Made by a program: the position numbers and the translations under genes
Shown here: positions 49,985 through 63,186 of the stretch, one piece after another
Layout: each line of letters starts with the position of its first letter
How positions within the stretch are numbered: the first letter of the stretch is position 1
The notes under the pieces: model-generated
Databases searched by the model: none
What the model saw: only the letters and a program-made list of their open reading frames with translations
What the model was told of the DNA's origin: nothing
Assembly: GCA_964035545.1 (NCBI GenBank)
Contig: OZ037770.1
Coordinates: forward strand, 4,062,662 to 4,126,661
DNA from: Bugula neritina
Taxonomy: Eukaryota > Animalia > Bryozoa
Direction: 5' to 3'
Length of the DNA: 64,000 nucleotides

Positions 49985-52900
49985 TGTTCGGTGTTCATGT
50001 AAACATTTATTTCTAATTTGTTATTTTATTATTTTACTATTTTTTGTCTTAATCTTAATAATTAATTGTATCACTTATTGTAATAGTTTTAGTATTTTCG
50101 TGTATATATATTGTGGTAATAAATCACGGCTTCGGCCTCTTACGTTTATCAACTAACTCGAGCACGTTCTGTCTTTTCACGATAGCTGAAATAATATCAC
50201 AAATCAACATAAAACATGGTGCCCCGAGTCTAATTATTATTAATATTACACTGAAATAACATGGAGCAATTACTAGCGCCAAAACCATTAGCAGATGGAC
50301 CGAATTTACCTGAGGAATGGAAGATTTTTAAACGTGACTTCGAACTTTTTTTAACTGCCACATCGAAAGATACAGCCGAAGGCAAAGTGAAAACTGCATA
50401 CCTACTTAGAACTATCGGTCGCCGAGGCAACCAAATATACGACTCTTTCAACTGGACTGACAACAATGACAAAACTGACTATGACAAAGTTGTGACACAG
50501 TTTGATGACTACTGCAAACCAAGAATAAACTTAGTGGCTAAGACTCACTCACTACTGACTTGTAAGCAAGGAAATAGAACTATTGACGAATTTTTGACTG
50601 AACTACATACCATTGCAGGACTATGTGACTTAAAAGACATGTACAACCGACTGATACTACAAGCACTGATACTGGGAATTGAAAGTGACAAGATTAGAAA
50701 GAAACTGTTTGACTTGACTGACTTTGACAAAGCAATTGAACTCTGCAGACGAGAAGAAGCATCGGCTATTAACTACAAGACTATGACTAAGGATAACACA
50801 TATGGACTCGAACAAGTGAACTTGGTAAAACATAGACCTCCGACTCATCAATATCACTCTAATGACACTCGTAACACTGATAAACACAGAGGACAACTTT
50901 CACACACTCACTCTCAGCCCAACGTCAGAAAATCAGTTGGTGCTTCTAGGTGTGGAAACTGTGGAGGCAATCACCCACCTCGAGCATGCCCAGCATATGG
51001 GAAACAGTGCAATCATTGCAAGAAATTTAACCACTTTGCTGCATACTGCAGGTCACGCATGCATCATTATCGCGACTCAACCGAAACAGCCAATCAAGTC
51101 ACCTGGAATTACTCTTCAGACAGTGACTCTCAACATGTAAGTACTATCTCCACTACTGTACGAGATCGTAAATTATTAGCGATGCTCACTGCTAAGCAAG
51201 CAGATACTATTTATGACATTGAATTCCAACTTGACACTGGTGCATCATGCAATACTTTGAATACGATCGACTACGACAAGCTAGGTAGACCGAAACTTAC
51301 ACCGACTGATACTGTACTAACTTTATATGACCAGAGCAAGTGTGCACCACTAGGGTGGACACGGATACAGATACTAAACAAGCAAGGATGTTACACTACA
51401 TTAAAATTCCTAGTTGTGGAAACCACCCAACATAGCTTGCTGTCATGGAAATCATGTTTGCACCTGGATTTATTACAAATGCCCAGCACCAAAAGCGAGA
51501 ATGTAAACTTTGCCACTACTGACCCAGACCTTCAGACTTTACTGACTAACTTTGATGACATATTTACCGGACTTGGAAAGTTTGAACAGGAATATAGGAT
51601 AGAGCTAAGACCTGAAGCTGTACCAGTGCAAGTCCGACCGCGGAAGGTGCCCTTGTCGATGAAATCAGATCTCATCAAGACTATTCTTGAACTAGAACAA
51701 CGTCAAATTGTCGCTAAGGTAGAAGCACCTACAGACTGGATAAGCCATCTACAACCAGTGCGCAAGCCTAATGGAAAGATACGCATCTGCATAGATCCGC
51801 AAAATCTCAATCAAGCAATTAAACGAAACCACGCTGTCATGCCAACATTGGAAGATGTTTTGCCACAACTCAACGGCGCCAAGTTTTTCTCCTTGTGTGA
51901 CGCCAAAGAAGGTTTCTATCAAATTCCCCTAGCTGAGGAATCTACAGACTTGACAACTTTCTGGACTCCCATAGGAAAGTACAAGTACCTAAGGCTACCC
52001 TTCGGAATTGCATCAGCGCCGGAGGAGTTTCAGAGAAGGCTCACGGAAAATCTTGCTGGTCTGGATGGCATCACCATAGTTGCAGATGACATCCTAATTT
52101 TTGGAAGCACAAGGAAAGAGCATGATAGAAACCTTGAAGCGCTCTTCAAACGTGCTCGACAGACAGGACTGAGACTGAACAAGGAAAAATCCCGCTTCCT
52201 TCAGGACGAACTACCTTACATTGGACACATACTGACAACTAATGGACTTAAACCAGATCCTAACAAAGTAAAAGCCATTCTTAAGATGAAACCTCCCTCA
52301 TCTCCACAGGGAGTAAAACGATTCCTTGGTCACATCACATACATGTCAAAATTTATTAGCAACCTAGCATCGGAATCTGAACCATTACGACGTTTACTGA
52401 CACAAGACAATGCTCAAGACTTTCACTGGACTGACGACCAAATGAACGCTTTTAATAGACTGAAGACCTTACTAACTGACTCAGAAACTCTACAATACTT
52501 TGACTGCAACAAGCCAGTAACTATACAAACTGACGCTTCAAATGCTGGTGTGGGTGCAACACTCATGCAAGGAGGCAAGCCTGTAGCATATGCATCTCGC
52601 AGTTTAACAAAATCGGAACAGAACTATGTGCCACTAGAGCTTGAGTGCCTTGCCATAGTGTTTGGCACTGAACGCTTTGACCAGTATATCTTTGGTCACC
52701 ATGCTGTCACTATCCAAACTGACCACAAACCCCTTGTATCTATTTTCAGGAAATCCATTCATAAGGCATCTCGGAGGTTGCAGGCTATGCTTCTTCACTT
52801 ACAAAGATACCCCAACATTAAGGTAACTTGGCAAAAGGGTGCTGAACAGATCACGGCTGACTTACTCTCAAGAGACTCATACTTTGACTCCCCCAACTAT

Positions 52901-54484
52901 CAACAACTACCAGAACACATTTTTCACATTGACTCTCAAAATAATGATGCTCCTGTTTGTGACGACTTAATTGACAACATTAGGACTGCTACTGCACAGG
53001 ACAATGAACTTATGACACTGACAAACCTTATTAAACATGACTGGAACATTGCCAACTGCACAACTCACGACAAGTACAAACACTTTCAGGACGAACTATC
53101 TATTGACAATGGCATTGTTTACAAAGGACTAAGAGCCATTATTCCAAAGACACTCCAGAGAAAGTTTCTCCAACTACTTCACACCGGCCATAATGGGATT
53201 AACTCCACACTAAGACGTGCCCGCCATACAGTGTTTTGGCTTGGCATCACCAATGACATCAAAAACAATATTGCTAACTGTCGACAATGTCAACTGGATG
53301 CTCCCCGGCAACAGAAGGAAACACTTTTACTCCACACAGTTCCCCAACAACCCTGGACCAAAGTAGGAATTGACTTGTTTGAATACAATCACACTCACTA
53401 CATTACTATTGTTGACTATACGACTGACTACCTTGAATATGACCGACTGGACAACCAAACAGCAGAGGCTGTTATCAACTCCATAAAGCGCTGTTTTGGA
53501 CGCCTGGGAATACCCAGACAGGTTCACACTGACAACGGACCACAGTTTACCTCGCACCAGTTTTCCACTTTCAGCCAATCATGGAATTTCACACACACCA
53601 CCAGCTCTCCATATCATCCTCAGTCCAATGGGAAGGCAGAGTCTGCTGTGAAGATAGCCAAACGTATACTCCGCAGATGTGAAGAGCCCGAACTTGCGTT
53701 ACTGGAACATCTCAACACCACCAAAGAAGGCCTGACGGCCAGCCCAATTCAGCAACTTATCGGAAGACCCACCAGGTCAGTACTCCCACAAGTTCGGCCA
53801 GAAACAGAGAACAACCAAGGTTGGTGGGAAAAGCAGGGCCGCAATGAAAAACTGCAGCAGAGATGCAATGACGGTGCAAGAGATTTGGCAGTGCTGAAAG
53901 AAGGGCAACCAGTTTTGGTTCGAGACTGGAGTCAGCACCGGAGAAAATGGCAGGAGGCGCAAATTAACAAACAATTGAGTAGCAGAGCCTATGCCATACA
54001 ACTTAACAACAACCTCTTTCGGAGAAACCGGCGAGACATCAGACCACTCGTCACGGAGCCAGCGAGTCCTGAGACACCAAAGGATCCTAAACAAAACGCT
54101 AGTAGTACCCAGGTTGACACCACCGAGAGCGCCAATCATAGCGACAATCTAAGACGTTCAACCAGAGAACGGAAGCCACCTAGTTGGATGGCAGACTATG
54201 TGCCCTCTTAAAACAATCATATCTAAATAGCTTTTTTCTATTCTGTGGGAGATGTTCGGTGTTCATGTAAACATTTATTTCTAATTTGTTATTTTATTAT
54301 TTTACTATTTTTTGTCTTAATCTTAATAATTAATTGTATCACTTATTGTAATAGTTTTAGTATTTTCGTGTATATATATTGTGGTAATAAATCACGGCTT
54401 CGGCCTCTTACGTTTATCAACTAACTCGAGCACGTTCTGTCTTTTCACGATAGCTGAAATAATATCACAAATCAACATAAAACA
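49985..54484 (+). mobile_element. Intact Ty3/Gypsy (Mag/SURL-like) LTR retrotransposon
   Basis: Identical 232-bp LTRs 49985-50216 and 54253-54484, 5-bp TSD ATAAG, PBS TGGTGCCCCG, short PPT. Confidence 0.97.
50261..54211 (+). CDS. Gag-Pol polyprotein (2x CCHC, DTG protease, RT, RNase H, integrase), 1316 aa
   Basis: CGNCGGNH..C, CNHCKKFNHFAAYC, LDTGA, VADDIL, TDAS, TDHKPL, HHCC, TDNGPQF, GKAE; uninterrupted. Confidence 0.97.
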   Translation: MEQLLAPKPLADGPNLPEEWKIFKRDFELFLTATSKDTAEGKVKTAYLLRTIGRRGNQIYDSFNWTDNNDKTDYDKVVTQFDDYCKPRINLVAKTHSLLTCKQGNRTIDEFLTELHTIAGLCDLKDMYNRLILQALILGIESDKIRKKLFDLTDFDKAIELCRREEASAINYKTMTKDNTYGLEQVNLVKHRPPTHQYHSNDTRNTDKHRGQLSHTHSQPNVRKSVGASRCGNCGGNHPPRACPAYGKQCNHCKKFNHFAAYCRSRMHHYRDSTETANQVTWNYSSDSDSQHVSTISTTVRDRKLLAMLTAKQADTIYDIEFQLDTGASCNTLNTIDYDKLGRPKLTPTDTVLTLYDQSKCAPLGWTRIQILNKQGCYTTLKFLVVETTQHSLLSWKSCLHLDLLQMPSTKSENVNFATTDPDLQTLLTNFDDIFTGLGKFEQEYRIELRPEAVPVQVRPRKVPLSMKSDLIKTILELEQRQIVAKVEAPTDWISHLQPVRKPNGKIRICIDPQNLNQAIKRNHAVMPTLEDVLPQLNGAKFFSLCDAKEGFYQIPLAEESTDLTTFWTPIGKYKYLRLPFGIASAPEEFQRRLTENLAGLDGITIVADDILIFGSTRKEHDRNLEALFKRARQTGLRLNKEKSRFLQDELPYIGHILTTNGLKPDPNKVKAILKMKPPSSPQGVKRFLGHITYMSKFISNLASESEPLRRLLTQDNAQDFHWTDDQMNAFNRLKTLLTDSETLQYFDCNKPVTIQTDASNAGVGATLMQGGKPVAYASRSLTKSEQNYVPLELECLAIVFGTERFDQYIFGHHAVTIQTDHKPLVSIFRKSIHKASRRLQAMLLHLQRYPNIKVTWQKGAEQITADLLSRDSYFDSPNYQQLPEHIFHIDSQNNDAPVCDDLIDNIRTATAQDNELMTLTNLIKHDWNIANCTTHDKYKHFQDELSIDNGIVYKGLRAIIPKTLQRKFLQLLHTGHNGINSTLRRARHTVFWLGITNDIKNNIANCRQCQLDAPRQQKETLLLHTVPQQPWTKVGIDLFEYNHTHYITIVDYTTDYLEYDRLDNQTAEAVINSIKRCFGRLGIPRQVHTDNGPQFTSHQFSTFSQSWNFTHTTSSPYHPQSNGKAESAVKIAKRILRRCEEPELALLEHLNTTKEGLTASPIQQLIGRPTRSVLPQVRPETENNQGWWEKQGRNEKLQQRCNDGARDLAVLKEGQPVLVRDWSQHRRKWQEAQINKQLSSRAYAIQLNNNLFRRNRRDIRPLVTEPASPETPKDPKQNASSTQVDTTESANHSDNLRRSTRERKPPSWMADYVPS

Positions 54485-56943
54485 ATAAGCGTTACTGATT
54501 TCGCCCAGATTGATATGTTACTAGTAAAAGCTAGCTCAGTAAATAAAATATTCAATATTAAATTACAATCTGCAAAGTGAACGTGCCAACTGGCGATGGG
54601 ATTATCATGATAAAATTGAGTGAAGAACATCTCTTACCTCTCGAACCTAGGATGAAGGTGTGTACTTTGATTAACTTTAGGAGTTTAACTTCAAGGTAAG
54701 TGAGTACTAGTACTACTGCCTCCTTCAGCAAATTCACATATTTTTATTTTATATTGCTTGCAAGCAATAATTTAACAATTATACTTAATTTTCTAGTATT
54801 TGTATAGTTGTACTATTAGTATATTACAATAGGTCTATACTGTGTATTACATTTACTATTAGTATTACTATTATAACTGTATTATTATTAGCATTGTGCA
54901 GTATCACTAAACTTCAAGTTTGAGTTTTATGTTCAATAAATGCATAGTAATACTAATAGTCATAGTGATGTAAAACTAGATCAAAATTGTCAGTTGGTTT
55001 TATTATTATAATTATGTAATTAACTTTAAGAAAATTATCCAAATTTATTACTAGCCATAACTTTTTTCAAATTATTTAGATTTCTGTGGATGAGTATAGT
55101 CACATAGAAAATATATTTTTGCACTGAAGAGTTTCTGTTTATTAATCATAATTGTACTTATACTTGCAGCATACCAAATTACATTTACATTGAGTGACCA
55201 ACTTAAAATATAAGCAATGCATATGTTTCAAAAGAATTGTATAGTCATCATGTAGGCCATATATAATGGGGAATTATTTGAAAAATGCAATCTTAAGGGA
55301 GCATTCAACGTAATAATTGTAATTATGAGCTGTGTCTTTTTAACAGTTACCAGTAGCTTTTATGTAATTACGGTATAAGTAGATGTTACAAAATATAGAC
55401 TATTATAGTACTAACTGTGGTGTATGAGCATGTTAATTCAAATTGAAAATGTTGGAAATTACTTTTGCATGTATTGAGAAAACTGGTATTTGTATTTTAG
55501 ATGAAGTGGACTACTATAGATGATCAGGTTTTGTCAAAGAAATGCTAGTATGTCTTCTCAGGACATCCTTTCTATAATGTCAGCTGCAGCTCTTATAGGA
55601 TCTTTAGATTCTCTACTCTACTCCACTCTACTCTTTTTTTTATATTCAAAAAGGATAATACTCTACAATTGACACCTATATCTCAAGACTCTACCTGTGG
55701 AAATAGGACTTTTATCAAAGGACATAAAAACTAAAATTAAACTTAAAATAATCGATATGACTAATTACCCTAGCAATGTGTCTTTTGGTTAGGCTTTTGC
55801 AGCTTGATTTTCTAAAGATTCTGCTTCTTTACAAAGTCAGTCTTGCCATTATTCATTATTTAGCGTTTGAGAAAAACAATTAGGAAACTAACCTATTATT
55901 TCCCCCATGTTTGTAATATACGTATAGGATGTATTTCTATAAAAAGACCTGACTTGCTCCTTCACAATAGTTCACAGCTGCTATACCTTCTGCATGTTCA
56001 ATTTATTTATTGAACTTGTTACTTCTATGCGTGATCATACAGATATAAAATAATTATGTTATGCTTTAAGATCCACACTGATTTTTGTTGTGATCTTTAG
56101 TAATGGCTATTTAGTGTTTAAATAAATCTGGTTGATTTGTTACACATGTCTAAATTCTTAAGTCAATTCTTGTTATGGAATGTTATGTCTGCAGTATCAA
56201 AATATGGCAGATAGGCTAATGCATTGCTAATATTTGAGCTGATTAAATGACACCTATGAGACTAGAAAAAATCTGAATCCTCAATGGATATCTTTTATTT
56301 TATCTTAAGGAGGCTTTCTTTTCAAAATCTCAATACTTGCCTAGCTAAGATTAAAACTTTTCATCTTGACTGTTTAACTCAGGCAAGCATGGTGTCAGTC
56401 AGTCTAACTAGACACAGCTTTTTCTATTAGATGCTAAATTTAGAAACATAAAACAGTTGATAATCTTGGCTCTGAGTTGGCATACAAGTACATAATATCA
56501 TGCTTGAGTGAACACTGCGTTAGCAGTTGCCAGCAGTGCCCAGTAGCCCAGTGTTGAGCAACAAGATATAGCTCATAGTCAATTTGGACATTCAGCTAGA
56601 AGCCATGTAGGCTTGATTGGACTCTTCAGAGTTTAGACTGTATACAACAGGAAGCAAATAGAATATTTATAGCACAGGCTCACGTTTTAACCTTTTATAT
56701 ATAAGTTCCAACTCACTTCAATGAGTGTTGATTAATGCTTGTACTAGTACCAAAGGGACAACACAAGTACTATAGCTTTATTAGAAATTTGCAGCAATCA
56801 AATTCTTTACCCAAACTCAAAGCAGTCACACAAAATACTGCATATCTGCCCCTTACAGCTACCAATAAATTCGCACACACATAACTATCTTGCCTACACA
56901 AGTCTCTTTACTATGCTAAGCTATTGGGCTGTCTGTAACTGAT

Positions 56944-57112
56944 AAGTTGCGTTTATACCTCTGCTGAAAAAAATACCGAGTTTAAGTTAATAATGCTTAT
57001 CCGGGTACCCCTTTATAGTCAAGCTGAAACTCGTTGAAATCATATTGATGCGGTTGCTCACTTTCTGAAATTGAAATTTTGACCGAAAATTGTGAAGGTA
57101 TAAACGCAACTT
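56944..57112. mobile_element. Small MITE-like element
   Basis: 17-bp inverted repeat AAGTTGCGTTTATACCT / AGGTATAAACGCAACTT. Confidence 0.5.
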
Positions 57113-59108
57113 TAGTAAGAGTCAGCACTAAGAAGTCAATTTTAGTTTTTAGTAAATGCAAGATGATTTGAATAATAAAGGTATTATTGGTTTAAGGTCA
57201 GTCAATAGTATTGAGCAGATATATATAAATAGTCTAGCCTGAAGACATTATGTTTTGAGAAAAGAGCATCTCTCTAAACTATTTGTTGCATCTGCATTCT
57301 CAGTTATTTAAATAATATCTGCATTATCATTTCAATAATTATTTCATTAGACTAGCCAAATAGATAAATATTGAGTAAAAGTATAAACATTTAGCTTGCT
57401 TCCAGAATCTGAAATAGTTTTACATTGTTCGCTGAACAGAAGTTATGAAAATCATCTGTTTTTGTACATCAAGTATATTGTACATGAAATGAACCATGCA
57501 CCAGCCTGATGTAATATTAATGTGATGCTGAGGCGTGCCACGACCACAAGCTTGCTCAATAGTTAGTGATAATAGTTGCAATGGAAAGATAGGCGCAGCC
57601 CTAGCTAATGTAATGGTTTGTTAGCAATTGTTCAACCTCATGCTAAATTATAACAAGTAGGCAATACGCATGCCGCCCACAGAGCATTAGCATATAAGAA
57701 CTGAGACTAGATAATGAGATGATTCTTTGCTGGGGATGACCTTAACTATGCTGTGATACTGAAATATACAATAATACAATGTAACACAATATGTTATACA
57801 CTGTAATATACTGTAATACACAGTATATTACTGTAACACGCTGTAATATATTATAAAACACTGCCAATAAAATGCAATACACTGTAATATACTGTAATAC
57901 ATTCTACTAGACAACTCCAAAGCTCACCAAACTATGCACTTCTAATCATATTCCCCAGAACCATTAGAATCAGGCACATATAATGTATGTGATATGTTGA
58001 TCACAGTTTGTATAACTTGTACTTACACAATGCATAACGCTGTGTAGATATTAGTGACTGTAAAACAGGTTTACTAGAAGTAAACTATAACCAAAACCTC
58101 ATAAAGAGTTAATAATATTATATAAAACCTTGAAACTTACTTGGCATGATTAGTGTGAATTGTTGCTTGCTAGTTTCTACCTGCTAGCTAATTGCCAGTT
58201 GCCATTTGCTAGTTTCTACACCTCAATGATCCTTCAGCCTCGACTTGCAATGTTGAAGTAAAACTCAACTGTCTATTGATTTGTTACTCCTCCCGTTACT
58301 ATGCTGCTATAACAAAACCTTATTTACTAACTAATGTTTATAATGAGTGCATAGCAATATACGAAACAGCTATATTACTTTGTATTAGAAATTATCATTG
58401 TGCTCAGCTCAGCTATTGTGTATTTTATGGTATTGTTTAGATTTGCCAGTTCAAACAAAAAATCTTTAAAAGCAGAAATAGTGATCAATAATTGTAATCA
58501 ATGAGGAGCGCTGCATTGTGTTCTCTTTGTAAAAAAGTGATGCATTGATTAGAGTTAACGTAATAAAATTAAATGTACATATAGTTAATTATTTGCTTTA
58601 TTCTTTTACACTGTTTAAATAATTACAAATATTAGCAGTGCTATAAGATACATGAGTGTTGAGAAAGTTACTATATAACACAGTGCACAGTGTGCGTAGA
58701 AGTTGTTACTGAAAGAAGTTACAGAGAAGTTTACTAAAAAGCTGCAAAGCCATTTACCTCTGCGTCAGCTTTCCATGTAACTTGATGAGAGCCATCTACA
58801 TTTCTGTCACAATTTATTTAAACTTTGCAAATAACTCTTTTAAAATTATGTTTCGGAATATATCATGAAAATAAAATCTGAACAATATGCATCCAATATA
58901 GCCAATTAAGTCTTTTCATTACAGTATTTCACAAACTTATTTTATATATTTCTGTTAATGTGACATTCATTATAGTCAATGAACTGACTGTTGGTAAACT
59001 GTGCAGAGAGAATATTATAATAAATAATTTGTATAGTCAAACTTTACAACTTTCCTTGTTCAGTTTGAATTGTTTGCAAAAACTGATTTAGAGCCAACAA
59101 TGCTTGGT

Positions 59109-59190
59109 TGTGTGTGTGTGTGTGTGTGTGCGTGTGCGTGTGCGTGTGTGTGTGGTGTGTGTGTGTTGTGTGTTATGTGTGTGTGTGTGT
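59109..59190. repeat. Imperfect (GT)n microsatellite
   Basis: Direct inspection. Confidence 0.95.
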
Positions 59191-59929
59191 AAGTATCAAA
59201 AGTGTTTATTACAAGTAAAAAACTTTGCCTGCAATGTTAAGCCACGCCCACTGATATCTACTATTACTATAGATGAAATGTTATATTTGGGTCTATGTAG
59301 CAAAGGTGAATTATATTTTTTGCACTACTAATACTAAAACATATGAATGGCTGTCACACAAGAATAATTTTATAAATAAAGCTAAAAGATATCAGCTTCT
59401 GCTACATAATGAATGTAGATGATATTTGTGATATTTGTATAACAATAAACTAACAATTATTTTGATATCACTGCTGTAATTCACATAAGAATAGTTGGCC
59501 TCCAGCAACACCTAAAGTGTTTCCAAAAAGGATATCTTTAGAAAAGATTTTGAGCGAGTCCGATTATAGAAGAAAAACAATGCACAACAAAAGTGATCAT
59601 GAAAACTGTAATTCATTAACCTCGGAGCAACTTTTTGAGAGTTGTCCCCCTCAATTTTGCTGCGAAGAGCGAGACTTATGTTACTAAAGTTCGACGTACA
59701 AATAGCCAATAAGCTACACGATGTTGAAAATGCCGTTTCAATAAAAGCTTTCCTGATTCCATTTCGTACACTTCTACACTTATGCCAGTTAATGTTATCA
59801 AAACATTGATTATAAAAATAATAGTCACTAATTAAAGTGCTCCAGCATCCCATATTATTCTTGTTTAATTTTAATTTATGATCATAATTTTTCAGAACAT
59901 GTCCGGTAACATTAATAATGCTCATATAA

Positions 59930-60200
59930 TTGCTAATAGTACTACTAATTCTAATAGTATTTAGTATTAGTAATACTAAATATTATTAGTATTACTATTA
60001 GTATTAGAATTACTAATACTACTTTTACTACTAATACTAATAGTAATAGTAATACTATTACTATAACTATAAGTATAACTATTAGTATTACTATTAGTAT
60101 TAGTGTTAGTAGTATTAGTATTACTAGTAGTAATTTACTAATTGCTAAAAGTAAATTGCTATTAGTATTATTATTACTATTAGTATTAGTGTATTACTAT
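59930..60200. repeat. Low-complexity TAT/TAG/TAC tract
   Basis: Direct inspection. Confidence 0.85.
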
Positions 60201-61279
60201 TGGGCTTAGTAAAACTAAATTCGGTTAACATTTATTATTAAATCCAATTTGTAATTTAATATCGTAATTATTATTATGATTATTATCAATAAAAATTTCA
60301 ATATTCATTAAACTTGAAAAATACAATGGATATACTAATCTTTGAAGTTGATAAATTTCAGTTTCAGTGTTAGACTAATACTATGAGTATGGTATTCATA
60401 GCGACTTATGCTATTCGTATTACTATTGGTATTACTGTTATTATTACTCAATATTACTATTAGTATTAGTATTACTTATACTTATAGTGTTGGTGTTTTA
60501 GTATGGCTCATGTTGATAATAATATTAAAAGTGACTTCATGTTATACCCAATCACAATGATTATCAATATGATGGACAAACTTACAATGCTGATATGGTA
60601 CTGCATTATGAATCTTTGGCTTATACTATTATATATGATGCTCATACACTTTGACTTACCTACACTGATCCCTATTAATTATCATGATGATCACCAGTGA
60701 TGATGTTATTGTAACTGGTTAGTGAGTTGCAAAGACTGATGAGTGAATAATTATTACGAATCAGTATGAGTAGTATTTAATAGTTTATTGTTGTAATCAT
60801 GTCGTCATTAACACAGCTACAATGCTTCATTACTGATCATACTAGTAATGGTACTAATAATCTGATAGTAATAGTGGTAGCGCTAATCATAATCATCATG
60901 ATGTGATAATAATAACTGATCACTGTGATTAGTTGAACTTAATAAATTTACTTTCAATATTTACTGAAAAGGTGTTTAATGAAGATGTGTTCCTATTTTG
61001 TATGAACACTCGCAATGACACTGTCTACTGTATTTGTCAGTTATATATCACGTTTTCATTGGGATCATAATTTTAAAAATGACCCTAAATTGTTTTACTT
61101 CTGTCACTATTACTATCATTTTATTATTGTACTTATTTTTTGCTTTGTTGAATATTAATATAGGTATCTATGCATTTGTAATCACTTTGATGAAATTAGA
61201 ATTCAACAAAACTCATCATTGATTTAAAAATACTATTTACTTTTTAGGGATATGTGATGTAGTCTGCCATTGACTAGTG

Positions 61280-63140
61280 ATGCTATCTGACAAGCTATGT
61301 CTCGGTCTGTTGGTGGCTGTGTGTCTTGTAGTGTACCAAGGAGCTCTCCACTGTGACTTTGTGTTTGATGATGTGTCTGCGGTTAAGGAAAATAAAGACC
61401 TCAGGTCAGACACTTCCTATCTTAACTTGTTCTATAATGACTTCTGGGGCACTCCCATGAGTAAAGTATGTTGCTTATTCTAGCCCTCATATAGCTTATC
61501 AAAATGTTCAGTAACTGAGTTTATTTAATAATAGAGTTCTCTGATTGGTCAGCTGTATGTCTAACTAAGTTTTCATGCAGATTCTGTTTGTTTTTCTTCA
61601 AGTTCATGAACTCAGCTCCTTGATAAAAGTAAGTTTGACTTGAGTTTATATAATGATATGTTTTAAATTTATCTCTCTGTATGCTTTTGTGGTAATAATT
61701 TAGTGTTTTATTTTGTATTTGTTCATTTTGTGTCACCTCGTTATTTTCTTAAGTTACTCAAGCTGTTATGTTTATTGTTTTAGACTACACTAACTATACC
61801 TTTATGTTTTTAGTTATTGATTAATTAATGTTACTCTCAAAAACCTTTAAGTTTTTTGGGTAAATGATTTTATGATTTTATGATAATATCAACAGTTCTC
61901 CGCATTCTAATTCTGATGTACTTCCTGTAGGAGAAAAGTCACAAATCCTATCGACCTCTAACTGTACTCACTTTCCGATTGAATTACTGGTTTGGAGAAC
62001 TGGAGCCGTATGGATATCATCTACTCAACATCATTCTACACTCATTAGTCACTGTCCAGTTTTATTGGTGAGCTCAGATTTTCATTGTGTGACTTCAATA
62101 TTAAATCTATATAATACCTTTTTTGTTAAATGACGTTCAAATGGTTGTACTTTTTTAAAAAATCGTTTACTTTGTCATTGAATCACTCATCAAAGTATTT
62201 AGTAAATTATCAGTAATTCATGTTTCATTTTATTAGTTACAGTTCAAAGTTGTTATTACATGTTTACTTCGATATATTGCTTCCTGCCGCACAATGGCAT
62301 AGTATCTCTGTCTTACTCTATGCTGGGCTGTTGTCTGCCCTCAGGCTATGTAAAGATATACTCAAGTATTGTATACTCTCAGGCTATGTAAAGATATACT
62401 CAAGTATTGTATACTCTCAGGCTATGTAAAGATATACTCAAGTATTGTATACTCTCAGGCTATGTAGAGATATACTCAAGTATTATATACTCTCAGGCTA
62501 TGTGAAGATATACTCAAGTATTGTATACTCTCAGGCTATGTAAAGATATACTCAAGTATTGTATACTCTCGGGCTATGTAAAGATATACTCAAGTATTGT
62601 ATACTCTCAGGCTATGTAAAGATATACTCAAGTATTGTATACTCTCAGGCTATGTAGAGATATACTCAAGTATTGTATACTCTCAGGCTATGTAAAGATA
62701 TACTCAAGTATTGTATACTCTCGGGCTATGTAAAGATATACTCAAGTATTGTATACTCTCAGGCTATGTAAAGATATACTCAAGTATTGTATACTCTCAG
62801 GCTATATAAAGATATACTCAAGTATTGTGTACTCTCAGGCTATGTAAAGTTATACTCAAGTATTGTATACTCTCAGGCTATGTAAGGATATACTCAAGTA
62901 TTGTATACTCTCAGGCTATGTAAAGATATACTCAAGTATTGTATACTCTCAGGCTATGTAAAGATATACTCAAGTGGTGTGCGATGGCTAGCCTCAGCTC
63001 CTCACTCTTATTCGCCGTTCACCCAGTTCATGTTGAAGCTGTGACTGGCGTTGTGGGTCGGGCGGAATTACTTTCTGCCTCACTGGCTTTATTAGTCATG
63101 CTGGTATACGATAAGTCAATCCACAGCAAAGGAATAGCCA
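61280..63140 (+). CDS. TMTC3: Protein O-mannosyltransferase TMTC3-like, first three coding exons (61280-61465, 61931-62067, 62953-63140); gene continues beyond window
   Basis: [25 protein letters not shown]|[19 protein letters not shown]..|..[24 protein letters not shown] matches the TMTC3 N-terminus; canonical splice sites in phase. Confidence 0.9.
62342..62975 (+). repeat. 38-bp tandem repeat (~17 copies) spanning a TMTC3 splice acceptor
   Basis: Unit CAGGCTATGTAAAGATATACTCAAGTATTGTATACTCT; the last copy runs into the coding exon. Confidence 0.95.
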
Positions 63141-63186
63141 GTAAGTGTTTTGTCATTTGAGTTATCTTTCTTATTTTATTCCCATA

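Larger units (their letters stand above)
47783..57755. mobile_element. ~10-kb CACTA/EnSpm-like element (non-autonomous; no transposase ORF seen) carrying a nested Gypsy
   Basis: TIRs CACAGCTTGATTAAGGTCATCC / GGATGACCTTAACTATGCTGTG, 2-bp AT TSD; right subterminal region homologous to ~42100-42376. Confidence 0.72.

Noticed and set aside
59512-59925. 137-aa minus-strand ORF
   Set aside because: No motif; composition looks like non-coding AT-rich DNA
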